64,000 nt of DNA from the NCBI GenBank assembly GCA_002269645.1, contig NIVC01003631.1:1-64000 (forward strand). The letters run 5' to 3'. Of the stretch, positions 61,155 through 64,000 are shown piece by piece; position 1 is the stretch's first letter; every line of letters starts with the position of its first letter. The DNA comes from Macrostomum lignano (lineage: Eukaryota). The notes beneath the pieces are model-generated. The model did no database searches, was not told where the DNA came from, and saw only the letters and a list, made by a program, of their open reading frames with translations. The translations under genes and the position numbers were made by a program.

Positions 61155-64000
61155 ATGGCGTCGCAAGCAGTTAGACAGAGCCAAGAGCTCAATTTGGAAG
61201 ATGCAGAGATGGCTGAGGCTTGGATGCAACAGCTATCGGCGACAGCACGTATCAAGAAGCTCGCCGACTCCGACGAAGCTCGCGACAAAACTGATTTGTT
61301 TCTGTCAAAGGCGGGACTCCAGGCGATTCGCACCTTGACTCTCATGGCAGCGCCAAAAAAATTGGAAGATTTAAAATTTGACAACATCAAAACCCTAGTC
61401 GACAGCACTATTCGCCCGAAGAAACGCCTCGTCATCGCGGAGCGCACCAAGTTCCTCAACATAAAACAAGAAGTGGGTGAGAGCGTCATGGTCTACTTCA
61501 GGAGACTGAGGGCTGCCGCATCTCTATGCGAGTTTGAGACGCTAGGAAGCAAGCAGTCAAAGGAGAACGATATGATCGTCATGCGACTTATTGATGGTCT
61601 GATCTCAGCCGAGCACAAAAAGCGAATTCTCGAGCGGCTACAAGAGGGTGACCTGCTGCTTGACGGTATTCTGCAGAGCCTTCAACACTTGGAGCAGATC
61701 AGAGACTACAACGCTCCCACAACCGCGGACATTGCTTTCACCAGACAGCACAAAAATGTACCACCTTCAAAGGAAATGGCTAAATGTGGATTCTGTGGCA
61801 CGAGTCACCCCAGAGGCAACTGTCCCGCGTTCGGAAAAAAGTGCAGCAAGTGTCAGAAGAAGAACCACTTTTCGGCTGTCTGCAGGTCTCGAGCTGTCCA
61901 TCTGGAGACAACGGAAACCGATGAGGCGGAAATATACGCCCTTGGCCCTAACGCAGCAAAGACAGGCCTCTTCAAAACCATCAAGATCAACGGCTGTGGC
62001 GTACCAATGCAGATCGACACTGGAGCGGAGGTCAGCCTCATCCCGCAGAACCTCTGGAGACAACTGGGCCAACCGCCTCTGCGTAATTGCAAAAGGATTC
62101 TGCGGCAGTTTGACGGCTCGACCATTGCCTGTCTCGGCGAGTTCACTGCGTCGCTCGAGACCGACACGAGCTTCGTAACCGTTGATCTAGTCGTCACTGT
62201 CTCAGAAAAGAAGCATGGGCTGCTCGGAATGGATAACATAAAACTGCAAGAAGACTCCGTCACCATCAACAAGATTCAGCAGCTGGGCTGTCTCAAAGGC
62301 TTTCAAGCTAAAATCAGGCTCGTGGAAGGAGCCAGACCGTTCTACTGCGCTGCTCGACCTGTGCCACTGCACCTCAAGGACCTGGTGGTGCACGAGCTGC
62401 AGCGGATGGAATCTGAAGGCATCATCGAGCCAGTCCCGGCGGGTGGCAGCCAGTGGGCGTCTCCAATAGTCAACGTTCTGAAGCCCAGTGGGAAGGTCCG
62501 AGTGTGCGCCGACTTCAAGGCCGGAGTGAACCACCAGATCTGCAATGACACCTACCCGATGCCAGAAATGGAGACCATATTCTCAGAGATCGCGGGCATG
62601 ACGCACTTCGCCAAACTCGACTTGTCAGACGCTTACCTGCAAATTGAACTCGAGGAAAATAGCCGAGAAGTAACCACCATTGCAACACCACTAGGCCTCT
62701 ACCGCTACAAGAGATTGGTTCCTGGTTTAAAATCAGCGTCATCAATTTTCCAAAAGGCCATGGAAACAATACTGGAGGACGTCAGCAGCAAAATAGTATA
62801 CCAGGATGATATCCTTCTTGGTGCTAAGTCCGACTCCGAGCTCAATCAGAAGGTACAGCACGTACTGCAAGCCCTGGAGTCAGCCGGCATGACCATCAAC
62901 CTGGACAAATCGAATCTAAAAGCAACAGAAATCTCATTCCTCGGCTACAAGATTAGCGCCGCTGGAATCACGCCGGACCCGGACCTGGTAGAGAAAATCC
63001 GCTCGGTAAAACCGCCCAAGGACAAAAAGCAGTTAGAATCTTTCCTAGGACTCGCGAACTTCTTTGGGAGGTTCATCAGGAGCTACTCTGACATCGTCGA
63101 GCCGCTCAATCAGCTGCGAGCCCGAGCTGCTGAGTTCAACTGGGGTCCGGCTGCGCAATCAGCGTTCTCGCTCATCAAGGACATTCTCAGCCGAGGACCG
63201 GTCATCAAACCGTACGACAAGCGCAAGGAAACGACGCTCACCACCGATGCCAGCGAGAAGGCGATCGGAGCGATTCTGTCACAAGATGGTCACCCGATAA
63301 TGTACTTCAGCAGGCGGCTGAGCAGCACCGAGACGCGCTACTCAAACATAGAGAGAGAGGCACTCGCAATCGTCTGGGCCATGGAGCGTGCTAAACAATT
63401 CCTGCTGGGATCGCGCTTTACCTAAGAACCGATCACCGCCCGCTGGAGTTCATCTTCGGCTCGAGACGCCAACTGCCGAAAGTCGCAAATGCCAGGCTGC
63501 TTCGGTGGGCCATAAAACTAATGGCTTTCGACTACGATATCGTCTACACGAAAGGCGAGTCGATCCCGCAGGTCGATGCGCTGTCACGGCTAGACTTCGA
63601 TGGTGACGGCTCCGAGAACCAGACTGAGCAGCGGCTGGAGAGCATTATCCACTGGACAGCGGAGGCTGTTATCCCATGGCAGGAACTCAAGGCTGAAACC
63701 CAGAGGGAGAGGCTGCTGATGGATGTCACAAAGCGAGTCGTCACTAACAGATGGTCGAACTGCTCTCCGGCTGAAAGACCGTTCAAAGCGGCCCGGAATG
63801 CTCTGATTGTCGAGGACGGAGTTCTCTGCTATGGCGACCGGGCGGTCATTCCGGCCGTCCTCCGGCAAAAAGTTCTTCGACTTGTGCACAACGACACGCA
63901 TCAAGGGTCCGGCTCGACGCGCGCTCGCCTGCAGAACTCCGCCTGGTGGCCCGGCTACTGCAACGACGTGGAGGTCTTCATTCGCAACTGTCCAACCTGC
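61155..64000 (+). mobile_element. Ty3/gypsy LTR retrotransposon, Mag-like, single gag-pol with one frameshift at ~63423; truncated by the window end
   Basis: Gag with tandem Cys/His knuckles (CGFCGTSH..CPAFGKKCSKCQKKNHFSAVC), protease IDTGAEVS, RT (FAKLDLSDAYLQ, YQDDILL), RNase H (TTDASEKAIGAILSQ, YSNIEREALA). The -1 frame from 63425 reads RTDHRPLEFIFG..RWAIKLMAFDY..DALSR and the integrase HHCC (HNDTH..CPTC) up to base 64000. Confidence 0.95.

Noticed and set aside
63415-63430. Programmed ribosomal frameshift in the gypsy pol
   Set aside because: It lies within RNase H rather than at the gag-pol junction and has no X XXY YYZ slippery heptamer; a 1-bp deletion explains it.

Overview
Animal genomic DNA: GC-rich exons with GT-AG introns, and about 30 unrelated tandem arrays covering roughly 23 kb (~36%, hand estimate). 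The style resembles the free-living flatworm Macrostomum (inference, not verifiable here). I assembled five host genes by hand from splice sites and reading phase. (1) A C2CD2/TMEM24-like TM-SMP-C2 gene (minus, ~137-13710). (2) An intronless HSD17B12-like short-chain dehydrogenase (plus, 18100-19068). (3) An 18-exon mesh/SUSD2-like NIDO-IPT-AMOP-VWD-Sushi-TM gene (plus, 26106-42308). (4) A 3-exon, 665-aa uncharacterised secreted, probably GPI-anchored Cys-rich protein (minus, 45837-49311). (5) The 3' four exons of an STK32/YANK kinase (minus, 54519-57767). Mobile DNA comprises a CORE-type tRNA-SINE, a 51-bp micro-MITE with an 8-bp TSD, a decayed Merlin/ISXO2 transposase, a hAT MITE, a decayed mariner and a near-intact Mag-type Ty3/gypsy element running off the right edge. 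Most long ORFs in the supplied track are artefacts of tandem repeats or antisense shadows of exons. The most notable observations are two sharply bounded, almost CpG-free 2.6-3 kb tracts each ending at a start codon, intron-private minisatellites (some built from splice-acceptor sequence), the 51-bp element, and a hAT insertion that split one minisatellite into two independently evolving halves.
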